Shown one piece after another: positions 1-8,734 of a stretch of DNA of 32,000 nt (its first letter is position 1; each line of letters opens with the position of its first letter). The position numbers and the translations under genes are program-made. The notes under the pieces were generated by a model. That model had not been told where the DNA came from and did no database searches. It was given only the letters and a program-made list of their open reading frames with translations. Origin of the DNA: Microcystis aeruginosa NIES-2549 (GTDB lineage Bacteria > Cyanobacteriota > Cyanobacteriia > Cyanobacteriales > Microcystaceae). The stretch lies in contig NZ_CP011304.1 of NCBI RefSeq assembly GCF_000981785.2, forward strand, positions 2,940,001 to 2,972,000, given 5' to 3'.

Positions 1-605
1 AGTCTATTTATCCCACTCCCGTGATTGGGATGGTGGGATTAGTGCCGGATATCGGGCAAATTTGCGGCCAAGGTTGGCAAAAAGCGGGGGATTTAATCTA
101 TATTTTGGGTTTTTCCTTGCCAACTATCGGCGCATCGGAATATTTAGCCGTTATTCACGGTTTGGTGACGGGAAAACCGCCAGTAATTGATTTTGAATTA
201 GAAAGAAAGGTACAAGCGGCCTGTCGTCGGGGAATTCGCGCCGGTTGGGTGAAATCTGCCCACGATTGCGCCGAGGGAGGTTTAGCCACTGCTCTGGCAG
301 AATGCTCTATTAGTGGGCAGTTAGGGGCGGAAATTGACCTTTCTTGGCAGCATCAGGGCCGTTTTGACGCGGTGTTATTCGGAGAGTTAGCTAGTTGCAT
401 TATTGTCTCCGTTTCCCCCGAAAATCGGCAAGATTGGGAAGAATATCTAAAGACACAATTGGGAGACTATTGGCAAATAACCGGCAAAGTTAGCGAAAAA
501 AGCGATAATCTTCTGATTTTTGACCGGGATAAACAACCGGCGATCGATGTTAGTCTAGAAACTATACAGCAAGTTTGGTCAAAAGCGATCGAAAGAAGGC
601 TGTAA
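1..605 (+). CDS. purL: phosphoribosylformylglycinamidine synthase subunit PurL, C-terminal part (5' end lies upstream of the window)
   Basis: The frame is open from the window edge (codon phase of nt 3) to TAA at 603-605. The translation (..KSAHDCAEGGLATALAECS.., ..FGELASCIIVSV..) looks like the C-terminal AIR-synthase-like domain of PurL. purF follows directly. Confidence 0.85.
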   Translation, partial: SIYPTPVIGMVGLVPDIGQICGQGWQKAGDLIYILGFSLPTIGASEYLAVIHGLVTGKPPVIDFELERKVQAACRRGIRAGWVKSAHDCAEGGLATALAECSISGQLGAEIDLSWQHQGRFDAVLFGELASCIIVSVSPENRQDWEEYLKTQLGDYWQITGKVSEKSDNLLIFDRDKQPAIDVSLETIQQVWSKAIERRL

Positions 606-742
606 TCTTGAGGCCGTCAGCTAGATAAGATGGCCGATTATATCGGTAAATAAAGGCTGATAGCTGATCAATAAATCGTTAAAAGAAGATTAAGATCGGT
701 TAAGATTTTGTTACCAAAGTATTCTGCAGCCCCAACCCTCCC

Positions 743-2206
743 ATGTCTAGCCATCTCGACTCATATCTATCCCTGAACCGTATCGATAAGCCTGAAGAAG
801 CCTGTGGAGTTTTTGGACTCTATGCCCCCGAGGAAGAAGTAGCAAAACTGACCTATTTTGGACTCTATGCCCTGCAACACCGAGGACAGGAATCGGCAGG
901 TATTGCCACCTACGACGGGGAAACGGTGCATTGTTACAAAGAAATGGGCTTAGTTTCCCAAGTTTTTAGCGAAACTGTCCTTAAAACCTTGCCCGGTACT
1001 CACGCCGTCGGTCATACTCGTTACTCTACCACCGGTTCTAGCCGTCGCGCCAATGCCCAACCTGCTGTGATCGAAACCCGTTTGGGTAAACTTTCCTTAG
1101 CACATAACGGCAATTTAGTCAATACTTTTGAGTTAAGAAATGTATTAGAAAAGCGCGGTTGTGATTTCGTCACCACCACCGACTCGGAAATGATCGCCGT
1201 CGCTATCGGTCAGGAGGTGGATAGTGGCAAGGATTGGATACAAGCGGCGATCGATGCCTTTAGCTATTGTAGCGGGGCTTATAGCCTTGTTATCGGCACA
1301 CCGACGGGAATTATCGGGGCGCGGGATCCCAATGGTGTCAGACCGTTAGTAATTGGGGTTTTGCAAGAAGAAGGCAATCCCTCCCGTTATGTTTTGGCTT
1401 CGGAAACCTGCGGATTAGATATTATTGGGGCCGATTATCTGCGGGATGTGCAGCCGGGGGAATTAGTTTGGATTAGTGAAGATGGCTTATCTTCGGTGGA
1501 TTGGGCCATGAAACCGGAGAAAAAATTATGCGTTTTCGAGATGATTTATTTTGCCCGTCCCGATAGCATTGTTCACGAGGAATCTTTATATACTTATCGG
1601 GTACGTTTGGGGGAACAATTAGCCAAAGAGTCGCCGGTAGAAGCAGATATGGTGATGGGAGTTCCCGATTCGGGTATTCCGGCTGCGATCGGATTTTCGC
1701 GCATTTCTGATATTCCCTACGCGGAAGGATTGATTAAAAATCGTTATGTGGGACGAACTTTTATTCAACCAACCCAACACATGAGAGAGTCGGGAATTAA
1801 GATGAAATTGAATCCTTTAAAGGATGTTTTACAGGGGAAAAGAGTTATTATTGTTGATGATTCGATCGTGCGGGGAACCACTAGCCGGAAATTAGTTAAA
1901 GCTTTACGCGATGCTGGAGCAAGAGAAGTTCACATGAGAATATCTTCGCCTCCGGTGACTCATCCCTGTTTTTATGGCATTGATACGGACAATCAAGAGC
2001 AGTTAATTGCGGCAACTAAATCGGTGGCGGAAATTCAGGCACAAATCGGGGTGGAGAGTTTAGCTTATCTCAGTCAAGATGGAATGTTAACAGCAACGAA
2101 GGAAGATCCGAAAACCTTCTGTACTGCCTGTTTTAATGGCGATTATCCGATTCCTGTACCTGATAATGTTAAGCGATCGAAGTTGATCTTAGAAAAAGTT
2201 AAATAA
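743..2206 (+). CDS. purF: amidophosphoribosyltransferase (glutamine PRPP amidotransferase)
   Basis: 487 aa. It has a short propeptide followed by the catalytic Cys (..EEACGVFGLY..), the class-II Ntn amidotransferase motifs HTRYST and LAHNGNL, the PRPP-binding loop RVIIVDDSIVRGTTS, and Fe-S cluster cysteines near the C-terminus (CFYGID, CTACF). Confidence 0.95.
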   Translation: MSSHLDSYLSLNRIDKPEEACGVFGLYAPEEEVAKLTYFGLYALQHRGQESAGIATYDGETVHCYKEMGLVSQVFSETVLKTLPGTHAVGHTRYSTTGSSRRANAQPAVIETRLGKLSLAHNGNLVNTFELRNVLEKRGCDFVTTTDSEMIAVAIGQEVDSGKDWIQAAIDAFSYCSGAYSLVIGTPTGIIGARDPNGVRPLVIGVLQEEGNPSRYVLASETCGLDIIGADYLRDVQPGELVWISEDGLSSVDWAMKPEKKLCVFEMIYFARPDSIVHEESLYTYRVRLGEQLAKESPVEADMVMGVPDSGIPAAIGFSRISDIPYAEGLIKNRYVGRTFIQPTQHMRESGIKMKLNPLKDVLQGKRVIIVDDSIVRGTTSRKLVKALRDAGAREVHMRISSPPVTHPCFYGIDTDNQEQLIAATKSVAEIQAQIGVESLAYLSQDGMLTATKEDPKTFCTACFNGDYPIPVPDNVKRSKLILEKVK

Positions 2207-2222
2207 GGGTTGCTGAATAAAT

Positions 2223-2260
2223 CTAAAAACCTTGCTGGGTAAGGTTTTTAGGCTTTTTTT
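2223..2260 (+). terminator. Rho-independent terminator downstream of purF
   Basis: Perfect 11-bp stem ctaaaaacctt / aaggtttttag (2223-2233 and 2241-2251) with a 7-nt loop, followed by gcttttttt (T-run 2254-2260). It starts 17 nt after the purF stop. Confidence 0.7.
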
Positions 2261-2342
2261 CCCTCGAAAAGTGCCGACCATTGGAGTGATTGGAGGGAAA
2301 ATTCCGGGACTTTTTCCATGAAAATTAGGTAATTGACCACCT

Positions 2343-2405
2343 GAAAATGGGTAAAACCCCACACCCCACACCCTGTCCCCACGAAAAACTTTTTGCCGCA
2401 AACCC
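2343..2405. repeat. G/C-rich dispersed repeat, copy A (inverted relative to copy B at 14052-14120)
   Basis: The reverse complement of aaaatgggtaaaaccccacaccccacaccctgtccccacgaaaaactttttgccgcaaa matches 14052-14120, apart from a 7-nt indel and about 2 substitutions. The G-strand carries four G-runs (GGGG..GGG..GGGG..GGGG). Confidence 0.8.
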
Positions 2406-2420
2406 TAGATAACCTCAAGG

Positions 2421-4136
2421 CTAAATCCTCTGAAAACAATCGGCAATTTCTTGGGGGGTTAAAAGAGAATTAGGATAACCAGAAAGTTGTCCTAATTTTT
2501 GTGCTAATAAAACTGCTTGGGGTGGAGTTAGATAGGTTTTGGCTAAGAGATCGGTTTGATGATAAGCTTGCCGGATTGGGGCATCTAAAAGGATAGTTCC
2601 TTGACCCATAATAATTACTCTTTCGGCGTATTCTGGCATTAAATAGAGATGATGGGTGATCACAATCACGGTTTTGCCCATCTGGTGTAATTGACGACTC
2701 ACCTCTAAAATTGCCTTAGCCCCTTGGTAATCTTGGCCGGTGGTGGGTTCATCGAAAACAACTATACGCGGTTCCATGGCTAAAATTGCCGCAATCACTA
2801 CCCGCGCTCGATCGCCTTTCGGTAAGGAGAGAGGATGATAGGAGCGATATTCTAGCAATCCCATGGCTTCTAGACTTGCTTCCGTGCGTTGGGTGACGAT
2901 TTCTGGAGAATAACCGAGATTAGTCAGGGCAAATGATACTTCTTTCTCGACAGTGGTGTTAAAAATCTGATTATCGGGATTTTGGGCTACATAACCGATC
3001 GATCGGGCTAAATCACTAACAGAAAAGCTATTGATAGAACGTCCATCAATCATAACTTGACCGGTGGTCGCCGAGAGAAGATTGAGAAAATGCTTGACTA
3101 AAGTGCTTTTTCCCGCGCCATTTTGACCGATAATCAGCAGATATTCCCCTTCAGCAATATCGAGGGACACATCCCGCAAAGCGGTAGTACCATCAGGATA
3201 GGTATGGCAGAGATTTTTTACCCTCAGTAGGGGGTTTAAGGGGTCAGAAACCGATGATAAGGGAGGGTGTGGGGTAAGATGATGATAAAAGGATTTAAGC
3301 TCGTTTAAACGGGCAAAACTGCGGTCTAGGGTGACAGGAATGGACTCGACCGCCCCGATTTTTTGATTGATCAAGGCAAAAGTAGTGGCCACTTGCGGGG
3401 GACGCAGGGCATTTTCCTGTAAACGTTGTACTTGGGAGTAGATCTCTGCTGGGGTTCCCATGGCTTCGATCGCACCCTCCCGTAATAGTACCAGGCGATC
3501 GGCATATTCGGCCATTTCCTCGGCCGCGTGGGAGACCATCACAATCGTGACACCGAGATGGCGATTTAATTCCTTAATGGTGGCGAAAACTTCCTGAGAT
3601 CCCACCGGATCCAGTTGGGAGGTGGGTTCATCGAGAATTAACAAAGCGGGCTGAACTGCGAGAGCAGCGGCGATCGCTAATCGTTGTTTTTGTCCTCCTG
3701 ATAATTCCCCTGGCGATTTTTTTTCCATTCCCTCTAACCGGACTGCCGCTAAAACTTTGGGAATACGCGCTTTAATTTCCTCTCGCGGTAGCCGTAAATT
3801 TTCTAGGGTAAAAGCGATTTCATTTTCTATGGAAGTGGCTAAAAGTTGCGTTTCGGGATCTTCAAATACTGCCCCCACATAGCGGGCCAAGGTGCTAACG
3901 GGATGGGTTAAAGTATCTAAACCGGCTACCGTTGCATAACCAAAAAAACGCCCTCCGTAGAATTGGGGGACAATACCGTTAAGAGTTAAACAGAGAGTAG
4001 TTTTTCCCGCACCTGTGGGCCCGATAATACCTAAAAATTCTCCTCGATGAATTGCTAAAGAGATATTTTTAAGCACTAGATTGGAGGATTCGGGATAAAT
4101 ATAGGAAACTTTCTCTAATTGGGCGATGATTTCCAT
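2421..4136 (-). CDS. ABC transporter ATP-binding protein with two fused nucleotide-binding domains (ECF/CbiO-like energy-coupling ATPase)
   Basis: 571 aa. NBD1 has Walker A GPTGAGKTT, signature LSGGQKQR and Walker B LLILDEPTSQLD. NBD2 has Walker A GQNGAGKST, Walker B IVVFDEPTTGQD and a degenerate signature. There are no transmembrane segments. Confidence 0.9.
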   Translation of the reverse strand: MEIIAQLEKVSYIYPESSNLVLKNISLAIHRGEFLGIIGPTGAGKTTLCLTLNGIVPQFYGGRFFGYATVAGLDTLTHPVSTLARYVGAVFEDPETQLLATSIENEIAFTLENLRLPREEIKARIPKVLAAVRLEGMEKKSPGELSGGQKQRLAIAAALAVQPALLILDEPTSQLDPVGSQEVFATIKELNRHLGVTIVMVSHAAEEMAEYADRLVLLREGAIEAMGTPAEIYSQVQRLQENALRPPQVATTFALINQKIGAVESIPVTLDRSFARLNELKSFYHHLTPHPPLSSVSDPLNPLLRVKNLCHTYPDGTTALRDVSLDIAEGEYLLIIGQNGAGKSTLVKHFLNLLSATTGQVMIDGRSINSFSVSDLARSIGYVAQNPDNQIFNTTVEKEVSFALTNLGYSPEIVTQRTEASLEAMGLLEYRSYHPLSLPKGDRARVVIAAILAMEPRIVVFDEPTTGQDYQGAKAILEVSRQLHQMGKTVIVITHHLYLMPEYAERVIIMGQGTILLDAPIRQAYHQTDLLAKTYLTPPQAVLLAQKLGQLSGYPNSLLTPQEIADCFQRI

Positions 4137-4331
4137 TATCGGTGGGGAATAGAAGACGAGAGAGGGGTAGATAGGGAGATATTTTTCAGGGAAATGCGAG
4201 TTAGGGACGCTTCTATTTTCCGCTATTTCGATCGATGAACTCGATTATCACACAGGTGGCCCACTACTCTGTGATTTATCCTGCAATTGTACCAGTTACT
4301 CCTCGCCCACTCGCAGAAAAACTTAATATTT

Positions 4332-5672
4332 TCACTCTTGACAAATTTGCTGTAAGGTGCTAACAAAATCGGGGTAGGAAATGCCGGCCGCTTCAGCGCG
4401 ATGGATAGTGGTGGGTTGACGGGAATTGAGGGCAGCGATCGCTAGACTCATGGCAATGCGATGATCGGTAAAACTGTCCACTTCCGTGCCGAATAGGCCC
4501 GTACCGCCGGTAATCTCTAAACCATCGGGTAATTCCCTTACTTTTGCCCCTAGGCGATCGAGTTGGGTGGCCATCACCGTCAGGCGATCGCTTTCTTTCA
4601 CCCGTAATTCCTCAGCATCCTTGATAATTGTCGTTCCTTGGGCAAAAACCGCCGCTACTGCCAAAATCGGAATTTCATCGATCAGACGGGGTATAATCTC
4701 ACCGGCGATCGTGGTTGCCTGTAGTTGACTGGATTTCACTCGCAGATCCGCCACTGGTTCCCCCGTCACCACCCGTTGATTTTCGAGGGTGATATCTGCC
4801 CCCATTGCCTGTAAAACCTGTAAAACTCCGGTTCTAGTCGGGTTTATTCCCACATTTTCGATTAATAACTCGGAATTAGGCACGATTGCCCCCGCTACCA
4901 ACCAAAAGGCCGCCGAACTGATATCCCCGGGTACAATCACCGTTTGTCCAGTTAAAGTGGGATAACCCGTCACCGTGACGCTATTAGTCTCCCCATCCAC
5001 CTCAATATTTGCCCCAAAAGCGCGCAGCATCCGTTCACTGTGATCGCGAGATAAAGCGGGTTCCGTGATCGTGGTTTTCCCCTCCGTTAACAGTCCTGCG
5101 AGGAGAAGACAGGATTTCACCTGTGCAGAAGCAACGGGAGAATAGTAGTGGATCGGTTGCAGAGATTCCCCAGAAACGGCCAAAGGAGCCAAAGAATTGG
5201 CTTTTCTGCCCCAAATTTGCGCCCCCATTTCCTTGAGGGGTTTCACCACCCTGGACATGGGACGCGATCGCAGGGAAGCATCACCGGTAACGACAAAAAA
5301 ACGGTCCTGATGACCCGCCAATAATCCTAACATCAAGCGGATCGTCGTGCCGGAATTGCCCGCGTCGAGGATTTCTAAAGGTTCCTCAAGATTGCCTAAA
5401 CCCCTACCTTTGACGATTACTTTCTCGCTGTTGAGTTGGGAAATTTCCACACCCATGGCACGAAAACAACTAGCGGTACTGCGGGGATCTTCGCCTAATA
5501 ATAACCCATGAATAACGGTTTCTCCTTCGGCGATCGCTCCTAACATCAGGGAGCGATGGGATATGGATTTATCGCCGGGGATAGTGATTTTTCCGCGTAA
5601 TCCCGTGATTTTGGCTGGATCGATGACTAAATCTTGATGGGATTGAAGGGGGTTAAGGGTGACAATAGACAT
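4332..5672 (-). CDS. aroA: 3-phosphoshikimate 1-carboxyvinyltransferase (EPSP synthase)
   Basis: 446 aa. Motifs include ..[18 protein letters not shown].., [15 protein letters not shown], ..LRVKESDRL.. and ..DHRIAMS.., which are typical EPSP synthase signatures. Confidence 0.95.
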   Translation of the reverse strand: MSIVTLNPLQSHQDLVIDPAKITGLRGKITIPGDKSISHRSLMLGAIAEGETVIHGLLLGEDPRSTASCFRAMGVEISQLNSEKVIVKGRGLGNLEEPLEILDAGNSGTTIRLMLGLLAGHQDRFFVVTGDASLRSRPMSRVVKPLKEMGAQIWGRKANSLAPLAVSGESLQPIHYYSPVASAQVKSCLLLAGLLTEGKTTITEPALSRDHSERMLRAFGANIEVDGETNSVTVTGYPTLTGQTVIVPGDISSAAFWLVAGAIVPNSELLIENVGINPTRTGVLQVLQAMGADITLENQRVVTGEPVADLRVKSSQLQATTIAGEIIPRLIDEIPILAVAAVFAQGTTIIKDAEELRVKESDRLTVMATQLDRLGAKVRELPDGLEITGGTGLFGTEVDSFTDHRIAMSLAIAALNSRQPTTIHRAEAAGISYPDFVSTLQQICQE

Positions 5673-5788
5673 GATCGTTAGGCAGATGAAGACAAGCTCG
5701 ATCTATTTTCCCCCTTTACCTCGTCCTTTCCTTGTCAAGTTATGTAAAGAATATTAAGCTAGAAGCATTCAGTCATCAGTTTTTTGTT

Positions 5789-6007
5789 ATGCCCACTACT
5801 GCCCAAGAAGTTTATAATCAAGTGGTTTGTCACTTATCATCCGGGGAACGTTTGCGATTGGCCACAATCATTCTCAATGAACTTGTCGGACAACAACAAC
5901 CATCGCTAGATCAAAGTGATACCTGGACTGAGGAGGATCAGATCGATCTTGTCAATTTTTCCCTAAACTATGCGGCCAAAACTTGCTCTGATGTGGAGGG
6001 GATTTAA
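5789..6007 (+). CDS. putative antitoxin partner of the PemK/MazF-like toxin (small hypothetical protein)
   Basis: I prefer the ATG at 5789 (MPTTAQEVYNQ..) to the TTG at 5732 in the ORF track. The product is 72 aa. Its stop codon (6005-6007) abuts the toxin start, as expected for translationally coupled type II TA pairs. No family was recognised from the sequence itself. Confidence 0.5.
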   Translation: MPTTAQEVYNQVVCHLSSGERLRLATIILNELVGQQQPSLDQSDTWTEEDQIDLVNFSLNYAAKTCSDVEGI

Positions 6008-6358
6008 TTGGTGACGTTTTCTTCTGGAGATGTGGTGACAGTTGATTTTCCCGGTGTGACAGGAATTAAGCGCCGTCCTGCTGTGGTTTTGTCATCAGAG
6101 ACTTACCACTCTCTTCGACCTGATGTAATAGTTGGACTGATCACAACTCAGTCAAAAGTTCTAGGAATTACTGATTATGCGCTTCAGGATTGGGTCTCGG
6201 CCGGGTTACGGGTCGCTTCGATATTTCGTTGTTTTATCGTAACTTTGCCACCATCTGCAAATTTAGCTGTGATTGGACATTTATCAGAGCGTGACTGGCA
6301 GGGAATCAAGGCTCGTGTTAGAATTTCCCTCGCAAGTTTAGATGAAACAAAACCATAG
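6008..6358 (+). CDS. PemK/MazF-family toxin (type II toxin-antitoxin endoribonuclease fold)
   Basis: The N-terminus ..GDVVTVDFPGVTGIKRRPAVVLSS....DVIVGLITTQ.. is the classic PemK/MazF SH3-like barrel signature. The start is probably GTG at 6011, with the SD-like ggagggg at 5995-6001; TTG at 6008 is the alternative. Confidence 0.75.
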   Translation: MVTFSSGDVVTVDFPGVTGIKRRPAVVLSSETYHSLRPDVIVGLITTQSKVLGITDYALQDWVSAGLRVASIFRCFIVTLPPSANLAVIGHLSERDWQGIKARVRISLASLDETKP

Positions 6359-6399
6359 AGGCAAGTCGCCTCATCTAACCCACCCGACAACTTAAATTT

Positions 6400-6942
6400 A
6401 TGTCTCGTCGTCAACTGTTGAGTTTTTTAAGCGTAGTAATTCTGGCATTTTTTGCCCTTATTCCCGATGCTAACGCTTTAGGTGGTTCCCAACCCCCTTT
6501 AAATCAACCGGCACCCGATTTTAGCCTACCGACTAACACGGGAGAAGGAAATATTTCCCTATCGGACTATCGGGGTAAATGGGTAGTTTTGTATTTTTAT
6601 CCCAAGGATTTTACCCCCGGCTGTACCCTAGAAGCGCGGCGTTTTCAGCAGGATTTGCCAAAATATATGGCTAAAAATACGCAAGTTTTAGGGGTAAGTG
6701 CCGATGATGTCGATTCTCATGCGGAATTTTGTGACTCGGAGGGGTTAAAATTTCCCTTACTGGCAGATACTACCGGAGATGTTAGTAAAGCTTATGGTTC
6801 TTGGATGGGTTATGTTTCCCTGCGTCATACCTATCTTATCGATCCCGATGGGATTTTAAAAGAGATTTATTTAGGGGTAAATCCTGCCATTCACAGTGCC
6901 GAAGTTTTAGCACGTTTAGAGGAATTACAGGCGAGTTCTTGA
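6400..6942 (+). CDS. bcp: peroxiredoxin, PrxQ/Bcp subfamily (AhpC/TSA fold), with an N-terminal export signal
   Basis: 180 aa. The active-site context YFYPKDFTPGCTLEA is the Bcp/PrxQ hallmark. The N-terminus MSRRQLLSFLSVVILAFFALIPDANA-LG resembles a twin-arginine signal peptide with an AxA cleavage site. Confidence 0.9.
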   Translation: MSRRQLLSFLSVVILAFFALIPDANALGGSQPPLNQPAPDFSLPTNTGEGNISLSDYRGKWVVLYFYPKDFTPGCTLEARRFQQDLPKYMAKNTQVLGVSADDVDSHAEFCDSEGLKFPLLADTTGDVSKAYGSWMGYVSLRHTYLIDPDGILKEIYLGVNPAIHSAEVLARLEELQASS

Positions 6943-6991
6943 GATAATTGGTCTTGAATCTAGAAATTATCTTGATAAAAGCTATCTGCAG

Positions 6992-7033
6992 CCGATGAGA
7001 TAAAAAAAATCCCGACCACGATTTTTTCATCGG
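6992..7033. terminator. A/T-rich imperfect hairpin between convergent genes (possible bidirectional terminator)
   Basis: ccgatg..aaaaaatc (6992-7011) pairs with gatttttt..catcgg (7020-7033), with a 6-nt bulge and an 8-nt loop. The A-run and T-run form part of the stem. It lies between the prxQ stop (6942) and the stop of the minus-strand small ORF (7075). Confidence 0.3.
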
Positions 7034-7074
7034 TGGGGGATATAGACTAACAACCTTAACCGAGATAATCAGGA

Positions 7075-7239
7075 CTAATTGCAATTATCGTCCTTGTCAC
7101 CCTTACAGTCACGGTTTTGTAAAATTAGCGGCGAAGAGGAACGGTCAAAATGGTTATCTTGACTATTAACCGCTAAAGTGTGAGGAAGAGAACCCAACAG
7201 CAAGGAGACCACAACAAACAAGGTTAATGAGATTTTCAT
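7075..7239 (-). CDS. small secreted hypothetical protein (signal peptide plus a roughly 30-aa mature peptide with two Cys)
   Basis: I prefer the ATG at 7239 (MKISLTLFVVVSLLLGSLPHTLA-VNSQ..), which is preceded by the SD-like aagggag about 8 nt upstream. It has a hydrophobic signal sequence with an AxA-like site. The mature part ends ..NRDCKGDKDDNCN. No family was recognised. Confidence 0.4.
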   Translation of the reverse strand: MKISLTLFVVVSLLLGSLPHTLAVNSQDNHFDRSSSPLILQNRDCKGDKDDNCN

Positions 7240-7384
7240 GGCTTTTACTCCCTTAGACACCATCAGGTAATTGACCTATTTTTACCATAGGGCTTTTTCT
7301 CTCGGATGTCAGTCCCATTGCCAAGAGGGAAAAAGGGGTTAACATGGAAAAAAAGGGAATATAAGTAGAACAAAGTAGAACCGG

Positions 7385-8725
7385 ATGAAACCACAGGGAT
7401 GGGACGAGTTTCTTAAACATCTAGCTAGAGAATACGGTGTTCAGGGTAAATTAAAGGAGATTTTTTTGGTTCGTTTTGCCTACGAAAATTGGCGCAAACC
7501 AGATGAGGAAATTTGGGAAATGGCCGAGGCCGCCAGCCATGAAACCTATAAAAAACAAATGACTAAAATCTATAGCTATTTCTCGGCAGATAAAGATAAT
7601 GGCTGTCCGGAACTAGAATTAGGTAGTAAAGGGCCGGGTAAGTTCCAAATCCTCCGAGAATGGTTCAAAGATATCAAATATCCTGAATGGAGAAATCAAC
7701 CCGTCCCGATACTAGCAGAAAAATCAGTTATAGATAGTTATATTAGCCGCCCTCCCGTCGAAAGCGACTGTTATCAAGAAATTAATCGTCCGGGGTCACT
7801 CATTCGCATTAAATCCCCCGAAAAGACTGGTAAAACTTCTCTCCTTAAACATCTGCTCGCTCAGGCAGATAGTTGGGGACATAGCACAGTTTATATTAAT
7901 TGTCAAGTGGCAGAAAAGGCGATGTTTGCCAGTTTAGACCGATTTTGTCGCTGGTTTTCGGCAAATGTTAGCCGAGAATTGGGTTTAAAGCCGCAATTAG
8001 ATGAATATTGGGATGAGGAACTATTTGGCAGTTTAATCAGTTGTCAAACCTATTTTCAGTCCTATCTTTTGGAACAGATTAACGGGCCGCTCTTTTTGGC
8101 CCTAGATAATTTAGACAGAATTTTCGAGTATCCGGACATCGCTAGGGATTTTCTGCCGCTTTTGCGCTGTTGGCACGAAGAAGCTAATAATTTGGAAATC
8201 TGGCAGAATTTGCGGTTAGCGATTGCTAATTCCACGGAAATCTATATTCAATTGGACGCTAATCAATCTCCCTTTAATGTCGGTCGTGCGATTAAATTAC
8301 CCGGTTTTAGCCTCGAACAACTGGAAAACTTGGCTAGTAGCTACGGATTGCCCAAAAATGAGGATAATCAGCGTTTTCTTAGGGATTTAATTGCTCTAGT
8401 TGCTGGTCATCCCTATCTTAGCCGTTTGGCCTTGGAAGCGCAGGTGCGCGGGGAAAAAAATATTCTCCCTAATGCTGCTACCCAAGGGGGAATTTATGCG
8501 GCACACCTGCGTCATCACTGGGATAATCTGCAAAAACAGCCGGAATTATTGACAGCGATGGGGGAAGTGGTTAATTCTCCCGATAAGGGAGCGCGATTAG
8601 AACCGATTACTGCCTATAAACTGGAAAGTATGGGTTTAATTCAGTTAAAAGGCGACCTAGCCCAGCCTAGCTGTCAATTATATCAGCTTTACTTCCGAGA
8701 GGAACAGACCGGCAGCGATCTCTAG
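7385..8725 (+). CDS. AAA-like / STAND-type P-loop ATPase with an N-terminal helical (sigma-70 region-4-like HTH?) domain; no repeat or sensor domain
   Basis: 446 aa. Walker A-like IKSPEKTGKTSLLKHL and Walker B-like LFLALDNLDRIF are present. The overall pattern resembles the cyanobacterial AAA-like domain family (Pfam AAA_35-type). The N-terminal roughly 100 aa (..GKLKEIFLVRFAYE....ETYKKQMTKIYSYF) looks like a small HTH module. Confidence 0.7.
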   Translation: MKPQGWDEFLKHLAREYGVQGKLKEIFLVRFAYENWRKPDEEIWEMAEAASHETYKKQMTKIYSYFSADKDNGCPELELGSKGPGKFQILREWFKDIKYPEWRNQPVPILAEKSVIDSYISRPPVESDCYQEINRPGSLIRIKSPEKTGKTSLLKHLLAQADSWGHSTVYINCQVAEKAMFASLDRFCRWFSANVSRELGLKPQLDEYWDEELFGSLISCQTYFQSYLLEQINGPLFLALDNLDRIFEYPDIARDFLPLLRCWHEEANNLEIWQNLRLAIANSTEIYIQLDANQSPFNVGRAIKLPGFSLEQLENLASSYGLPKNEDNQRFLRDLIALVAGHPYLSRLALEAQVRGEKNILPNAATQGGIYAAHLRHHWDNLQKQPELLTAMGEVVNSPDKGARLEPITAYKLESMGLIQLKGDLAQPSCQLYQLYFREEQTGSDL

Positions 8726-8734
8726 TAGATAATT

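Noticed and set aside
2189-2439. Two overlapping minus-strand ORFs (70 aa and 63 aa) in the purF / ABC-ATPase intergenic region
   Set aside because: They run through a terminator hairpin and the G/C-rich dispersed repeat. The translations are low-complexity (GVGFYPFSGG.., CGVWGFTHF..) and there is no RBS. They are most likely repeat-generated open frames.
4137-4331. Possible cobalamin or other riboswitch in the leader of the CbiO-like ABC ATPase gene
   Set aside because: Reading the minus strand, I could not find a B12-box-like element or other recognisable riboswitch core. The gene may simply be co-transcribed with aroA. A Rfam/Infernal scan would be needed to exclude it formally.
4486-4728. 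80-aa plus-strand ORF antisense to aroA
   Set aside because: It is entirely embedded antisense in a well-supported, highly conserved gene. The composition is Arg/Ser-rich, typical of antisense frames.
6184-7084. Minus-strand ORFs 6184-6414 (76 aa) and 6836-7084 (82 aa)
   Set aside because: They overlap, in antisense, the PemK-like toxin and prxQ start, and the prxQ 3' end. No motifs are present, and the better-supported genes explain the region.
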